The position numbers and the translations under genes are program-made. Positions 10,201 to 20,187 of a stretch of DNA of 64,000 nucleotides are shown here, piece after piece. Numbering within the stretch: position 1 is the stretch's first letter; each line of letters starts with the position of its first letter. This stretch comes from a virus (taxonomy: Duplodnaviria; Caudoviricetes): the IMG/VR virus record IMGVR_UViG_3300003962_000026, positions 1 through 64,000 of that record; one strand, given 5' to 3'. Below the pieces are notes generated by a model. The model saw only the letters and a program-made list of their open reading frames with translations. It ran no database searches and had not been told where the DNA came from.

Positions 10201-11971
10201 TAGTCCTGTATATTTCTTTGATACATTACAAGATTTTACAGGTGATGTATTTAGTAATATAGGAAATGCATTTAAAGCCCCATCTACCAATCTTAATTGT
10301 AGTGGTATAAATAGTATTTATCATAGAGGAACTGCCCTGTTATATTCCTATGGAATACCAAGTTATTTTTGCGAAAGTGATTATAATGTAGATTTAAGAT
10401 ATGGAGAGGATGAGTGGGTAAAGAATTTTTATCCTAATATAGGAGATTATAAAAAATGGACTCAAGAAAATACTGTTTCTATATCAAATGATAACTATTA
10501 TTTCTATAATCAGGATTACTCCAAACAAAACAGAGAGAATTTCTACTATACATTAAGGGATGATTTTGATAATTCAGGTATTTTATGTAGGTCTGAATAC
10601 CCTAATAGGGTAATATATTCACGAGAGGGAGTTCCTGGTTGGTTATCTTATTCAGCTAATGACTTCTTTGACTTTCCATTAGAAGACGGTGCAGTAATAG
10701 GTATAAATCCAATAGAACAGCAAGCAATATTAGTTAGACAGGAAAACTCATCCTCAGTATTTAATGCCTTTATTACAGTACAGACAGATTTAGCTGATGC
10801 TCAAATATCTACTGGGAACCTGTTTACAATTAAGCCAAGGCAGTATTTTAAGTCAGATTTAGGATTTGGCGGCTCTACTCATACAGCATTTACATCTACC
10901 CCATTTGGCCATTTTTTTGTGGATACTCAAAACCCCTCCATATTTCAGCTATCTAATGATAATCTTAGGGATATAACCAGAGGTAGGGAGGGGACAGATG
11001 TCAATGCTAAAGCATGGTTTAGAGAGAATTTGCCATTTTTTATATCTAAAGACTTCCCAGAAGTAGATATAGATAATGCATTTAAATACTTTGGTGTGTC
11101 TCTTTGTTGGGATAATAAGTTTGACCGTCTATTTATAACCAAAAAAGATGCACAATTACTACCCAAGTTTAAAGACTTGGTAACTTATGATTCTATAAAT
11201 ACAACCTTCTTTTATCAGAATTTACCAATAGAACCAACTGATTCCAGGTATTTTTGTGATAGGTCATGGACTATAGCATATTCTCCCATCACAGGAACAT
11301 TCCTATCATTCTACAGTTTCCACCCTAATTACTATGTATCTACTGAAGGGTATTTCCAGTCAGGGGTTAATTTTTCCAGTGATTCTTCTGAATATGGATT
11401 ATGGTCACATTTATTAACAAATCAATCATATCAGGTATTCTATGGTAAATTATATCCCTTTATAATAGAATATGCAACTAAAGACACCTTAAGGAATAAT
11501 TTCCTGGAGAATATCTCCTATCAAGCAGAGTTTAATAGATTTGAAGATAATTTGTCCTATTATCTGGACAATTCTAAAACTTTTAACAAAGCCTTGGTAT
11601 ATAATCAAAATCAGTCTACAGGTATTTTAAATCTTACAGTTCAACAAAAAAATAATCAATATCAACTTCTGCAATACCCTAAAGTCAACCAGTTTTCAAC
11701 TGATATACTTGTATCTAATATAGAAAATAACTGGAGATTTAACCAAGCCCTTATAGATATATCACAACATAATAATCAACCATTAATGATATATGAATGT
11801 GGGAAAGAGTTTAAGGACGTAAATCCAAAGTCTTTAAATTATACACCTCAATTTCTAAAAAATAAACTTAGGGGCGATTACTTCCAGGTGAGACTAATAA
11901 ATGACACTCTTTCTAACTATGCAATCATTACTAAATTCAATATAGCTAAACAAACTAATTCTAATACCTAA
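7214..11971 (+). CDS. Tail stabilisation / muzzle protein (P22 gp10-like), 1585 aa
   Basis: N-terminal SNEHSN..C..FKEGFKVIG, IFFADDLNSRRFIDL, FGGDTYI and C-terminal KLRGDYFQVRL patterns of crAss-like muzzle proteins; synteny. Confidence 0.7.
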   Translation: MADNTQNSVNVPKIGMQLWKHPQDLENTEFSLLLNGNIQSSVGTFIKVSNEHSNLLCSRFKEGFKVIGILPINIQERTIYFLVNPETNESEIGEIKNISYSDKNDIEVFCKECKNSSLPDIPLEQVEQNANCTYSTIISASCLNFSINHPISATYEIGVDVLSGLPNCNTTIFFADDLNSRRFIDLENPPYILLGHEDNDCKIPIYSKDLDCNKIKVQRDYQELCISATDITTGGALSAGVYQFTGAYSTPIGIPITDYFLVTNPIPLYNKQRTITIQTDYPTDKSIKLQISNLDSKFSHFNLVVLKTINQTTTPFLIGTFPVQSDIFSYTYTGNNYENEVRLDIAEILRRRPIYDTAKTVITANKLLFWKGLKEQREINLQPSVNTLHPYWQTVQAPQDFYSDSINATNVGYCRDEVVPLSIYFKFNNGFKTADFLISGKDADYYQVNYSVDVNSTFPTNSPNVLPVSNCENVYRDKYWQIYNSGFKIGNSNCPPQGRGSCSYTPYEYGDFAYWESSLTYPNNPDVWGDLCGKPIRYTKFPDNCITHIHDNPTDNNFTTTNNIYPIGILIPIDEIKRVLNDAVDKGLISEQEKLQINGYGIKRANRRSNKSIIAKGLLYDVWKTPFLDGDGNILPDQSIQYFANFPYNDLHDNIFLNSIKIPNGSPPPTNIPIPIPHPFSPTLENNRYVFHSPNTHFNQPLLGSEIKLETVEYGVSRGQFVNVDDHSEYILLKQGGYTLAGILATSEALLEVLISGGNQISGTTVPNGIVIGIITSSLSNLFIYIQQWIDIIKKLGQRRNYASYYTSIGNYSNYCCVTKQEAVRFQSILTNGLYLQPGNIQFIENSENIYLNNVRRESSVYLSIAGDDKKFKPVQFFCPHEDNSRVNYPSCIGANQLPNLNSNIDSSISSFYISIKNYVPDQYGTPDQIEWLDTGYCGKIEWNNSSQDTACDTIFGGDTYINKFSHKIKFPFFTQERVGYGPDADVQYSLLGNVGSPVYFFDTLQDFTGDVFSNIGNAFKAPSTNLNCSGINSIYHRGTALLYSYGIPSYFCESDYNVDLRYGEDEWVKNFYPNIGDYKKWTQENTVSISNDNYYFYNQDYSKQNRENFYYTLRDDFDNSGILCRSEYPNRVIYSREGVPGWLSYSANDFFDFPLEDGAVIGINPIEQQAILVRQENSSSVFNAFITVQTDLADAQISTGNLFTIKPRQYFKSDLGFGGSTHTAFTSTPFGHFFVDTQNPSIFQLSNDNLRDITRGREGTDVNAKAWFRENLPFFISKDFPEVDIDNAFKYFGVSLCWDNKFDRLFITKKDAQLLPKFKDLVTYDSINTTFFYQNLPIEPTDSRYFCDRSWTIAYSPITGTFLSFYSFHPNYYVSTEGYFQSGVNFSSDSSEYGLWSHLLTNQSYQVFYGKLYPFIIEYATKDTLRNNFLENISYQAEFNRFEDNLSYYLDNSKTFNKALVYNQNQSTGILNLTVQQKNNQYQLLQYPKVNQFSTDILVSNIENNWRFNQALIDISQHNNQPLMIYECGKEFKDVNPKSLNYTPQFLKNKLRGDYFQVRLINDTLSNYAIITKFNIAKQTNSNT

Positions 11972-11983
11972 ATTATTAAACTT

Positions 11984-14371
11984 ATGAAAAAAATAACACT
12001 TTTAGCCTTCTTCGTCTTTCTGTCCCGTTTACTGTTTGCAAATACAGTACCTACAGACAATACATTACTAATAGCTAAAACCCAGCTAGAAACTACTAAT
12101 GTTAAGTTAGTAGACACTAAATATGACTCTAAAGGAAATCCCCTATTCAGGATTTATAATAGAGAAATAAATGGTATAGCTACAGGCTTTATTATTATCT
12201 CTGCTGATAGTATATCTGAACCAATACTAGCCTATTCTAATGAATCAGGTTGGGTTGTAGGAGGAGATGATAATTTCCACAACTCTATTTATTGGTGGTC
12301 TCATGATAAACAAAAAGAGATATCTTTAGCTATAGCTAATAATGTAACACCTACTAAAGCTATCCTGGATGCCTGGAATAAAGCTTCTATAGTTACTACT
12401 TCATCTTCAAGAGCTACTTCTCAAGCAGACCTTCTAAAAGATAAATATAACCAAGGCCCCCCTTTTAATACTTTCTGCCCCAGAGATAGTTCTATTAATG
12501 GATATCCTTATGCACAAATAGGTTGTGTAGCTACAGTTGCTGGTCAAATGTCTAACTTTTTTAATTCTCCTTCCCAACTTACAGGTGGTTTAGTAACAAG
12601 GACTTATTGGGTTGCAGGTAAACAGTATACTACAACCTTTAATTGCGATACTATTAAATTTGACTGGAATAAAGTTCCTGATATAGTTAATTCTACTAAT
12701 TACCAGGAAATAGCCAGATTCTTTGCTGTATTTGGTAAGCTAGTTCAAATGGACTATAGTTATTGGAGTTCAGGGGCTTATGTATTTGCTTCAGGTTCAT
12801 ATCCTACAGCTCAAAAGGTATATATAGATAACTTAGGTTTTGACCCTAATTCTCTTAAGAAGATGATGAGGAATAGTACACCTGCTGATGTCTATCTAAC
12901 TACCATAAAGACTGAACTATCTACATATCAAAGACCTGTACAAATGGTAGGTTATAGTGGTGGATGGTCTGGACATACATGGGTAGCTGATGGATTTGAT
13001 GAAAATGACTACCTGCACATGAACTTTGGATGGGGTGGAGCTTATAATGGCTATTACAAAGTAACAGCAGTTACAGCAGCAGGATATAATTTTGTTGATA
13101 ATCAAGGTATTCTGTATGGCTTTAAACCTCTTGGAACACCTCAACCTACCTGTAACCCCACTACCCTAAAAACAACGTTAATATCAAATGCAGTTAATGT
13201 AACACTAAGCTGGAATACTTCCCCAGATGCTATATCTTACATCTTAGAATACAAGAAGAATAGTGATGCTACATGGACTACACTGAATACTACTAATACT
13301 TCACATACTCTATCAAATCTTCCATATTCAACAGCTTATACCTTTAAGGTTACATCTGTTTGTTCTATAGGAAATTCATTACCAGTAACTGGTATATTTA
13401 CTACAGGTAATACTCCTTGTGGAGTAGCTCCTTCTATACAAGTTACTAATGTTGATACAAGTGTAGCAACTATATTATGGGGAGTTGCAAGTGGAGCAAC
13501 CTCCTACAGTTTGCAATACAAGAAAAATACTGAATCTACATTTACTACTGTTTCTACTACTACCCCATCTGTAAAACTAACTAATCTAACTCCTTCTACT
13601 ACTTATAATGTAAGGATTACTACCAACTGTCAACAATCAAGTATTACTAGCTCCATATTTAGCTTTAATACCCTTACCCCTGCTCCTCCAGTACCTCAGG
13701 ATACTGTAGTTATTCCTTCAGCTTATTGTAAGATAAAGGGAAATAGTGCATTTGAGTATATCAAGTCAATTAATATAAATAATACTGTTGTAAATAGTGG
13801 AAATAATGGAGGTTATCTTGATTCTACTTCTCTTCTAATTCCTCTTTCTCCTACTACAAAGTTTGAATTTACCCCAGGGTATAAATTCTCCAACTATGTA
13901 GAATACTGGGCAGTTTACATTGATATAAATAAAGACAATGTATTCCAGACTAACGAAAGAGTTTACTTAAGCCCTTGGAAGAGTGGAATGCAGTTAGGAA
14001 CATTTACAGTACCTTCATTTGCTGGAACTACTACAATGAGAGTTATTATGAGTTTTAATGTACCCAATCCTTGTAGTATAAGTTATGGAGAAGCTGAAGA
14101 TTATATAGTTTCCTACTCATCTTTAAATGTATTAGAAAACTCCTTCCAATTACGAGTATTTCCTAATCCAGCTACTAATAACCTGACAATCAGCTACATA
14201 CCCACTTCACTTATAAATATCTATACTTCTAATGGTCAAGTGATTACATCCTTCACCCTAGAAAATGCAATACAGACTATAGATATATATGAATATCCTT
14301 CAGGTATTTATTTCCTTGAAGCCACTATAGAAGACAGAAAGCAAATTATCAAACTATTAATACAGAAATAA
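11984..14371 (+). CDS. Secreted C10 (streptopain/SpeB-like) cysteine protease with 2 FN3, GEVED and T9SS C-terminal sorting domain
   Basis: Sec signal MKKITLLAFFVFLSRLLFA; prodomain GFIIISADSISEPILAYS; IGCVATVAGQ (Cys181), GHTWVADG (His331), HMNFGWGG; two FN3 repeats; GEAEDY; VFPNPATNNLTI...YPSGIYFL...KLLIQK. Confidence 0.88.
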   Translation: MKKITLLAFFVFLSRLLFANTVPTDNTLLIAKTQLETTNVKLVDTKYDSKGNPLFRIYNREINGIATGFIIISADSISEPILAYSNESGWVVGGDDNFHNSIYWWSHDKQKEISLAIANNVTPTKAILDAWNKASIVTTSSSRATSQADLLKDKYNQGPPFNTFCPRDSSINGYPYAQIGCVATVAGQMSNFFNSPSQLTGGLVTRTYWVAGKQYTTTFNCDTIKFDWNKVPDIVNSTNYQEIARFFAVFGKLVQMDYSYWSSGAYVFASGSYPTAQKVYIDNLGFDPNSLKKMMRNSTPADVYLTTIKTELSTYQRPVQMVGYSGGWSGHTWVADGFDENDYLHMNFGWGGAYNGYYKVTAVTAAGYNFVDNQGILYGFKPLGTPQPTCNPTTLKTTLISNAVNVTLSWNTSPDAISYILEYKKNSDATWTTLNTTNTSHTLSNLPYSTAYTFKVTSVCSIGNSLPVTGIFTTGNTPCGVAPSIQVTNVDTSVATILWGVASGATSYSLQYKKNTESTFTTVSTTTPSVKLTNLTPSTTYNVRITTNCQQSSITSSIFSFNTLTPAPPVPQDTVVIPSAYCKIKGNSAFEYIKSININNTVVNSGNNGGYLDSTSLLIPLSPTTKFEFTPGYKFSNYVEYWAVYIDINKDNVFQTNERVYLSPWKSGMQLGTFTVPSFAGTTTMRVIMSFNVPNPCSISYGEAEDYIVSYSSLNVLENSFQLRVFPNPATNNLTISYIPTSLINIYTSNGQVITSFTLENAIQTIDIYEYPSGIYFLEATIEDRKQIIKLLIQK

Positions 14372-14373
14372 TC

Positions 14374-14808
14374 ATGGAAACAAAAATCAATCCCTTTGCC
14401 CCTAAAGCAAAACTTACTATAAAATCAACTTCAATCTCTATAGAGCAGTTTGCAGGTTGCTTAATGACAATGGCAGTAGTACTACACAAACATCATCTTA
14501 AAGTAACAGGTGTAGGCTCTTACGCAGCTCATAAAGCCCTAAACTCTCTATATGATGCCCTACCTGGCTATGCAGATTCTTTCATAGAAACCTATCAAGG
14601 CTACTATGGTAAACTACTGACAAACTATACTTCTATGGATGAAGCTCCTTATCTTGCTATGACACCTCTGGAAGCAGTAACATGGCTTCTTAAGTACGTA
14701 GAAGACTCCAGGACTATCTTTGGCTCTAATTCCATGCTACAAAATAAAGTTGATGAACTCCTGGCTGAAATCTCATCTGCTAAATATAAGCTCACATTCC
14801 TAAGTTAA
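14374..14808 (+). CDS. Ferritin/Dps-like four-helix protein (DUF5856-like)
   Basis: HKHHLKVTG.GSYAAHKALNSLYDAL..YADSFIETYQG and LQNKVDELL..I.SAKYKLTFL. Confidence 0.7.
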   Translation: METKINPFAPKAKLTIKSTSISIEQFAGCLMTMAVVLHKHHLKVTGVGSYAAHKALNSLYDALPGYADSFIETYQGYYGKLLTNYTSMDEAPYLAMTPLEAVTWLLKYVEDSRTIFGSNSMLQNKVDELLAEISSAKYKLTFLS

Positions 14809-14812
14809 TCTT

Positions 14813-17800
14813 ATGAAGATTAAGAAAAAGAAGATAAAATCATATCAGAAAGGGGGACAAAATCCCCCTATCTATACTTCTGAATCTAAACCTACAACTA
14901 AAGATAGTTTAGATTTGTATAATAATAGTTTACAGGTACTAAATTATTATAGAAAAAGAAAATATAAAGAGGATAATCCTGTATATGGAGAACAAAAATA
15001 TTTTAAAAGCTATGCTGAAGATGATTTAGGGCTATTTGAGGACTTCAACAGAGAAAAAACTATAACTTATCCTAATAGTAAAGGTTCTCACTCTACTGGA
15101 AGTATCCCTTTAGCTTTATATCATCAAAATATAGATACAAATAAATATAAACAAAGAGAATCAGCTAATCTAATACTAGATACAAGAGCTCCAATGCCTT
15201 TGTACGATAGGAGAATAGTACCTACAGCTAGATATACCTTTACAAATACTGATATTGATGACCCTCTTAGTGGAGATTATGTACAGATAAGCGGTTATGA
15301 CCCCATAGCTGTTAAACCATCCCACATGAAAACTAAACAAGATTGGGAAATCTTGGAAAAAAGATATGGTACTAAACAACCAGTTCAACCAGTAATATAT
15401 AAACCAGAGGATAAATGGAGAAAAGAGTATAATGAGAAACATCCTCCAATTTATTTAAATAATTCAAAAGACCCAAGAATAGGACAATATAATAAAGAAG
15501 GTAATCAGTATTTATATAGTAAACCAAAAGAACAACCTTTAACCCCAATTAAACAAAAACCTCTTGAACTGCTATCTACCAGTACTCCTCAAGATATAGT
15601 AGACTTAAATCTAACTACTCAAGGAGTTGGCCCTCAATTAGAGCCTGGTACTTATTTTACAAGAAAAAGACAATCTCAGGAAGAGGGACAAGGTAAATAT
15701 GATTATTTTGATAAGAAGACAGGTAAGTTAATTACTACCTTTAAAAATGGAGGAACTACTAATCCCCTAGAAGGAGACCTTATTTCTAAAGTTCTAATGG
15801 AAAGAAACAGAGATAAGAAGTTCGTACAAAGAGCTTTTAATCCTCAGGATTATCCTATGCAGTATAATCCAGATGGTACAGTTTCTACCCATCTAATGGC
15901 TTGGGGAACAGATGATGAAGGGCAAGCTTGGATGTATCCTACTATCTTTAATCCAGAAAATGAGGCTATAAAAGTACCAAATCAGTATGCAGATTACATA
16001 TCCTCAACAGGATATAAGAATGTTACTAATGTTAAAGAAGAAAATGATATAGAAATGAAGAAATCAGGTGGTAAAATTCATATTAAAAAAGCTAATGTTG
16101 GGAAGTTCACAACTTCTGCAAAAAAAGCAGGTCAATCTGTACAGGAACATGCGCATTCAGTAATGAAAGACCCAAATGCTACTCCTTTACAAAAGAAGAG
16201 GGCTAACTTTGCCATTCAAGCTAAGAAGTGGCATAAGAAAGCTGATGGAGGAATCCAACAAAGCAGGCAAGAATTTGCAGAGAATACGAATTTTGGTATA
16301 ATTTCACCCAGTCAGGGGGTAAATCCAAACCACCCCAACTGGTGGTTAACAAGTCCTGGAGCAGCATGGGGGCAATTTACTTCTAAAACAGACCCCGTCC
16401 AAATGGCTAAAAATAAGCTAAAAATAATGAATGACCCAGGCTCAAATGTTTTCGGAGTAGCCACAGGAGCTGCTGCTACTGGAGTAGCATTTAAAATGGG
16501 CGGTAAGCTTAAGAAATATTATGCTGAAGATGGATTAGAACTCCCCGAACAACAGTCTATGTTTGGGAGTAATGGATTACTTTATGATAATTCAGTAATG
16601 GAAACCCCATACTACACACAAGCCCCGGAAGTATATAATATAAATATGCCAGAGTATCAATATATGCAAAATCCTCAAGTAACCCCAGGTCTTGCAGATG
16701 AACAAAATTCTCCTGATAATAAACTTCCACCAAATAAAAACTCACAACCACAAGGTAAGCAACAGTCAAAACCAACCCCTATGATTGGGCCAACTAATAA
16801 TTACTTCCTAAAAGCTGCAAATATGGCTACTGTAGGTGGAGCTGCTGCTAATACAAATTCTGTTTTGAATCTATCTAAAGGAATATTCGATGTTATTGGT
16901 TCTGTAAAACAGAATAAATACATTAAATCTTACGAAAGAGATAGATTATTCAATCAAAAGGAAGGTGCAACCAAAGACCCATTTTCTACTTATTATACAG
17001 ATGATGTATATGGACAATCTAAGAATCCTTTAATTTTTGAATATGGGGGAGTAAATCAATTCAAAACTCCAAGAGATATGTCAAATTCTGAACTTGAGAA
17101 TCTTGAAGTAATTCAAACCCCCGAAGGGCTTTCAGGTACAGTTAATGGGAATACTCATGCATCAGGTGGTATTCCAATGAATCTCCCTCCTGAAACTAAA
17201 ATCTTTTCTGAAAAATTAAAAATAGATTTAGGTGGTAAAAAGAAATCATTTGCCAAGATAGCTAAGAAGTATTCTACAGAAAAGGATTTTAAAAACCTAG
17301 ATAGTAAATTCAGCGATAAAGTCAATAGAGAAACTTCAGAAATGAATATTCAAATGAAAACCAATAAGTTAGATGAACTTTTCAATGTGCAGGAAGCAAT
17401 GAAACTATCGGGAGAATTTGGTACAAAAGTAGCAAAAGATACTAGAGAACAAATGGAAAATGGAGGTATTTTAAAATATCCTAATGGAGGTAAGAAAGGA
17501 AAAAGACTTGCTGGAACATCAAATATAGGAGAAGATAACTTCAAAGGTGACTTAAATGCTGTATATCAGAATGCTAAAATTCTTGGGTACACTGGCCCTA
17601 AGGATATATCCTCTCTTCAAAAATGGCAATCTACACAAGACCCAAGGTTGATATCTGATTACATGTTGAGGGTTAAGCCTAATAATAAAGCTATTGAATA
17701 CTGGAAAGAAAATTATAGTTCTACAGAACCAATAGATATGATGAAAATGACCCCTGAGGAAAGAGTTATGGTATTTAATGATAATTTATGGGACTATAGG

Positions 17801-18580
17801 TTTCCTAAATCATCTCCTATACCATACTCTGGTATACCAACAGAACTATCAGCATCTACCCCACACTTAAGTAATAATTTTAATTACACTTCTCCCTATA
17901 GTGGAAATGTAAATAACGCATCACAAATAGAATTTATACCCTTACCGATGCCTCGAATCTATGATAGGGAGCCTCTACATACATCCCAATTAAGACCAAA
18001 TCTGATTAATTATAGGTCTCCTGATATAGAACCTCAATTAAATGAGATTAACAGGACTACACGTTCACTTTCAAGATACCTACCTACTACACCAACAGGA
18101 GTATCTCAAAGGGCTCAGTTCCAGGGTAATGCTTTAAATGCTATAAATCAGGCATTTGGTAACTATTTCAATACTGTACAACAAGGTAAAATAGGAGTAG
18201 ACCAATTCAATGCACAAGCCAGGGGAAATGTAGACCAAATTAATCTAAGTGAAAGGAATAGATTTTTAGACCAGATTCAACGTAGAGAAGGTAATATAGA
18301 TACTTTCAAAAGGGCTGATAGAGAAAGAGATTTGCAAAATTACTATAATGCTAATCAATACCCCAATTCAGCCAATTATATCAACCAAACATTTAATCCT
18401 AGTGCTAATTATCAAGGTAATATCCCCTTAGCAGGAATTAGCAACTTTAACCCACTTATTCCTACGGATGACCAAACTATAACAGTTACTTATGATAAAA
18501 ATGGTAATATTGTAAATAAGAAAGTCACTCAAAAGAAATGGGGTGGTAAAATCAAACCTAAATTAGGAAAAAAGAAATAA
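14813..18580 (+). CDS. Internal virion cargo protein (1255 aa)
   Basis: First large gene after muzzle; GNTHASGGIP motif, IHIKK..GKFT...KRANFA..AKKWH module, repeated xxGG motifs. Confidence 0.6.
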   Translation: MKIKKKKIKSYQKGGQNPPIYTSESKPTTKDSLDLYNNSLQVLNYYRKRKYKEDNPVYGEQKYFKSYAEDDLGLFEDFNREKTITYPNSKGSHSTGSIPLALYHQNIDTNKYKQRESANLILDTRAPMPLYDRRIVPTARYTFTNTDIDDPLSGDYVQISGYDPIAVKPSHMKTKQDWEILEKRYGTKQPVQPVIYKPEDKWRKEYNEKHPPIYLNNSKDPRIGQYNKEGNQYLYSKPKEQPLTPIKQKPLELLSTSTPQDIVDLNLTTQGVGPQLEPGTYFTRKRQSQEEGQGKYDYFDKKTGKLITTFKNGGTTNPLEGDLISKVLMERNRDKKFVQRAFNPQDYPMQYNPDGTVSTHLMAWGTDDEGQAWMYPTIFNPENEAIKVPNQYADYISSTGYKNVTNVKEENDIEMKKSGGKIHIKKANVGKFTTSAKKAGQSVQEHAHSVMKDPNATPLQKKRANFAIQAKKWHKKADGGIQQSRQEFAENTNFGIISPSQGVNPNHPNWWLTSPGAAWGQFTSKTDPVQMAKNKLKIMNDPGSNVFGVATGAAATGVAFKMGGKLKKYYAEDGLELPEQQSMFGSNGLLYDNSVMETPYYTQAPEVYNINMPEYQYMQNPQVTPGLADEQNSPDNKLPPNKNSQPQGKQQSKPTPMIGPTNNYFLKAANMATVGGAAANTNSVLNLSKGIFDVIGSVKQNKYIKSYERDRLFNQKEGATKDPFSTYYTDDVYGQSKNPLIFEYGGVNQFKTPRDMSNSELENLEVIQTPEGLSGTVNGNTHASGGIPMNLPPETKIFSEKLKIDLGGKKKSFAKIAKKYSTEKDFKNLDSKFSDKVNRETSEMNIQMKTNKLDELFNVQEAMKLSGEFGTKVAKDTREQMENGGILKYPNGGKKGKRLAGTSNIGEDNFKGDLNAVYQNAKILGYTGPKDISSLQKWQSTQDPRLISDYMLRVKPNNKAIEYWKENYSSTEPIDMMKMTPEERVMVFNDNLWDYRFPKSSPIPYSGIPTELSASTPHLSNNFNYTSPYSGNVNNASQIEFIPLPMPRIYDREPLHTSQLRPNLINYRSPDIEPQLNEINRTTRSLSRYLPTTPTGVSQRAQFQGNALNAINQAFGNYFNTVQQGKIGVDQFNAQARGNVDQINLSERNRFLDQIQRREGNIDTFKRADRERDLQNYYNANQYPNSANYINQTFNPSANYQGNIPLAGISNFNPLIPTDDQTITVTYDKNGNIVNKKVTQKKWGGKIKPKLGKKK

Positions 18581-18609
18581 ATTACTATATTTACATTTAA
18601 ACAATACTT

Positions 18610-20187
18610 ATGGCTACTACTCCTTATTCGCGCGATGTCAAACTAGCTGAATGGAAAGAACCAATTCCCCTTGACCTTTTGTATAAAGGAGCTATTCAGA
18701 AGGAAGGTAATATCCAACAAGGTTTAACAAGAATTAACAATCAGTTAGACCAATTTGCTAATTTACCTACCTTACCAGGAGCAGACAGTGAAATAAAGAC
18801 TAAACTACTTGATGATATGAAACAAAAGATATCACAGATAGCTTTGTCTGATTTATCCTCTCCAGCAGCGCAGTCTCAAATTAATTCTTATATATCTTCA
18901 GTAACCAATAATCCTGACCTACAAAATGTAGTCAGGAGGGGTATGGATTATCAACAAGCTAATAAGAAGTATAAAGAATTAACAGAAAAGGGTGAATATA
19001 TAGCTCCCTGGAATATGCAGAAGATTAATAAGTATAACGATTATATAAACAACTATTCTACTCAAGGTAAATATCTTAGGGATTTTGACTTCTCAGGTGA
19101 TATATATAAATCTCCAGACATTAACAAAGAGATATCAGACCTTACAAAACTTGTAGGAGAACAATATAATATTGATATAAATAAACTAGGTCATGATATA
19201 GTATACAAAGAGAAAAACGCTGATAAATTATACCAGGGAATTATGTCTATGATGTCACCTGAAGCCAAGGCTGAGTTTCGACGTAAGTTTGACTATAACT
19301 TTGGGAATCAAGACCTCTACCCCCTGAGAGCTACAGAATTCCAAAAAGATTATGATACAGCTTCTAATTTATCTCAGGAATATGCTTCTATAGGAGATAC
19401 TAAAAATGCTGAATATTGGGCTAACCAGGCCAGGAATGCAAGAGCTGCTATAGAATCAGAAACTCCTCAATCAGCCAGGGAATTCTACGTAAATAAGCAT
19501 TTCAAAGAATATATTCAAAAAGTTGCAGATGCTGCTGCATATAAAGAAATTCAACAGTTTCAGCAAAATCATGCATATAATGCAGCTACTGACCTTTATT
19601 ATAAGAAGCAGGAAATAGATTATAGAAACTCCAATAAGCTACAAACTATTCAAAATCAAGCTCTTAAATCTTTCTATTCCAGGTATTACACAGTTACAGG
19701 ACAAATGCCAGTAGATGAAAATGGTAATTTCATACCTGTACAAGAACTTCCTGATATACCATCTCTCACAGACCTTAAACAAAAAGCTCAATCTGCACAG
19801 AAGAAGGAGAAGGGTGAAAAAACTTTAGATAATGTATTATCTGATTTAGAATATGGTATTACTACAACTAACGACCAGCAAGTTCTGGAAAGTTTAATTA
19901 AAAATAGAAAGATAGAACTTGGTCTATCTCCTTCTGCAACTCCAGAAAATATAAAATTTGAAGATGGTAAAGTTAAATTTACAGATACTAATGGCTGGAA
20001 TAAAGATTATGAATTCACCCCTTCTGAACTAAAAGCTAAACTAAAAGGTGAATCTACTCCTACTACATTTGGTTTAGAAATAAGAGAAGATGCCCTAAAT
20101 GCTTACGCACAACAATATTACGAAGGAGATGTTAATAAATTAACTAAAAAAGACCTAGATTACCTAAAAACCAAGTTTCCTAAATAA
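18610..20187 (+). CDS. Internal virion cargo protein (525 aa)
   Basis: Helical protein directly upstream of the RNAP gene, TAATG coupling. Confidence 0.55.
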   Translation: MATTPYSRDVKLAEWKEPIPLDLLYKGAIQKEGNIQQGLTRINNQLDQFANLPTLPGADSEIKTKLLDDMKQKISQIALSDLSSPAAQSQINSYISSVTNNPDLQNVVRRGMDYQQANKKYKELTEKGEYIAPWNMQKINKYNDYINNYSTQGKYLRDFDFSGDIYKSPDINKEISDLTKLVGEQYNIDINKLGHDIVYKEKNADKLYQGIMSMMSPEAKAEFRRKFDYNFGNQDLYPLRATEFQKDYDTASNLSQEYASIGDTKNAEYWANQARNARAAIESETPQSAREFYVNKHFKEYIQKVADAAAYKEIQQFQQNHAYNAATDLYYKKQEIDYRNSNKLQTIQNQALKSFYSRYYTVTGQMPVDENGNFIPVQELPDIPSLTDLKQKAQSAQKKEKGEKTLDNVLSDLEYGITTTNDQQVLESLIKNRKIELGLSPSATPENIKFEDGKVKFTDTNGWNKDYEFTPSELKAKLKGESTPTTFGLEIREDALNAYAQQYYEGDVNKLTKKDLDYLKTKFPK

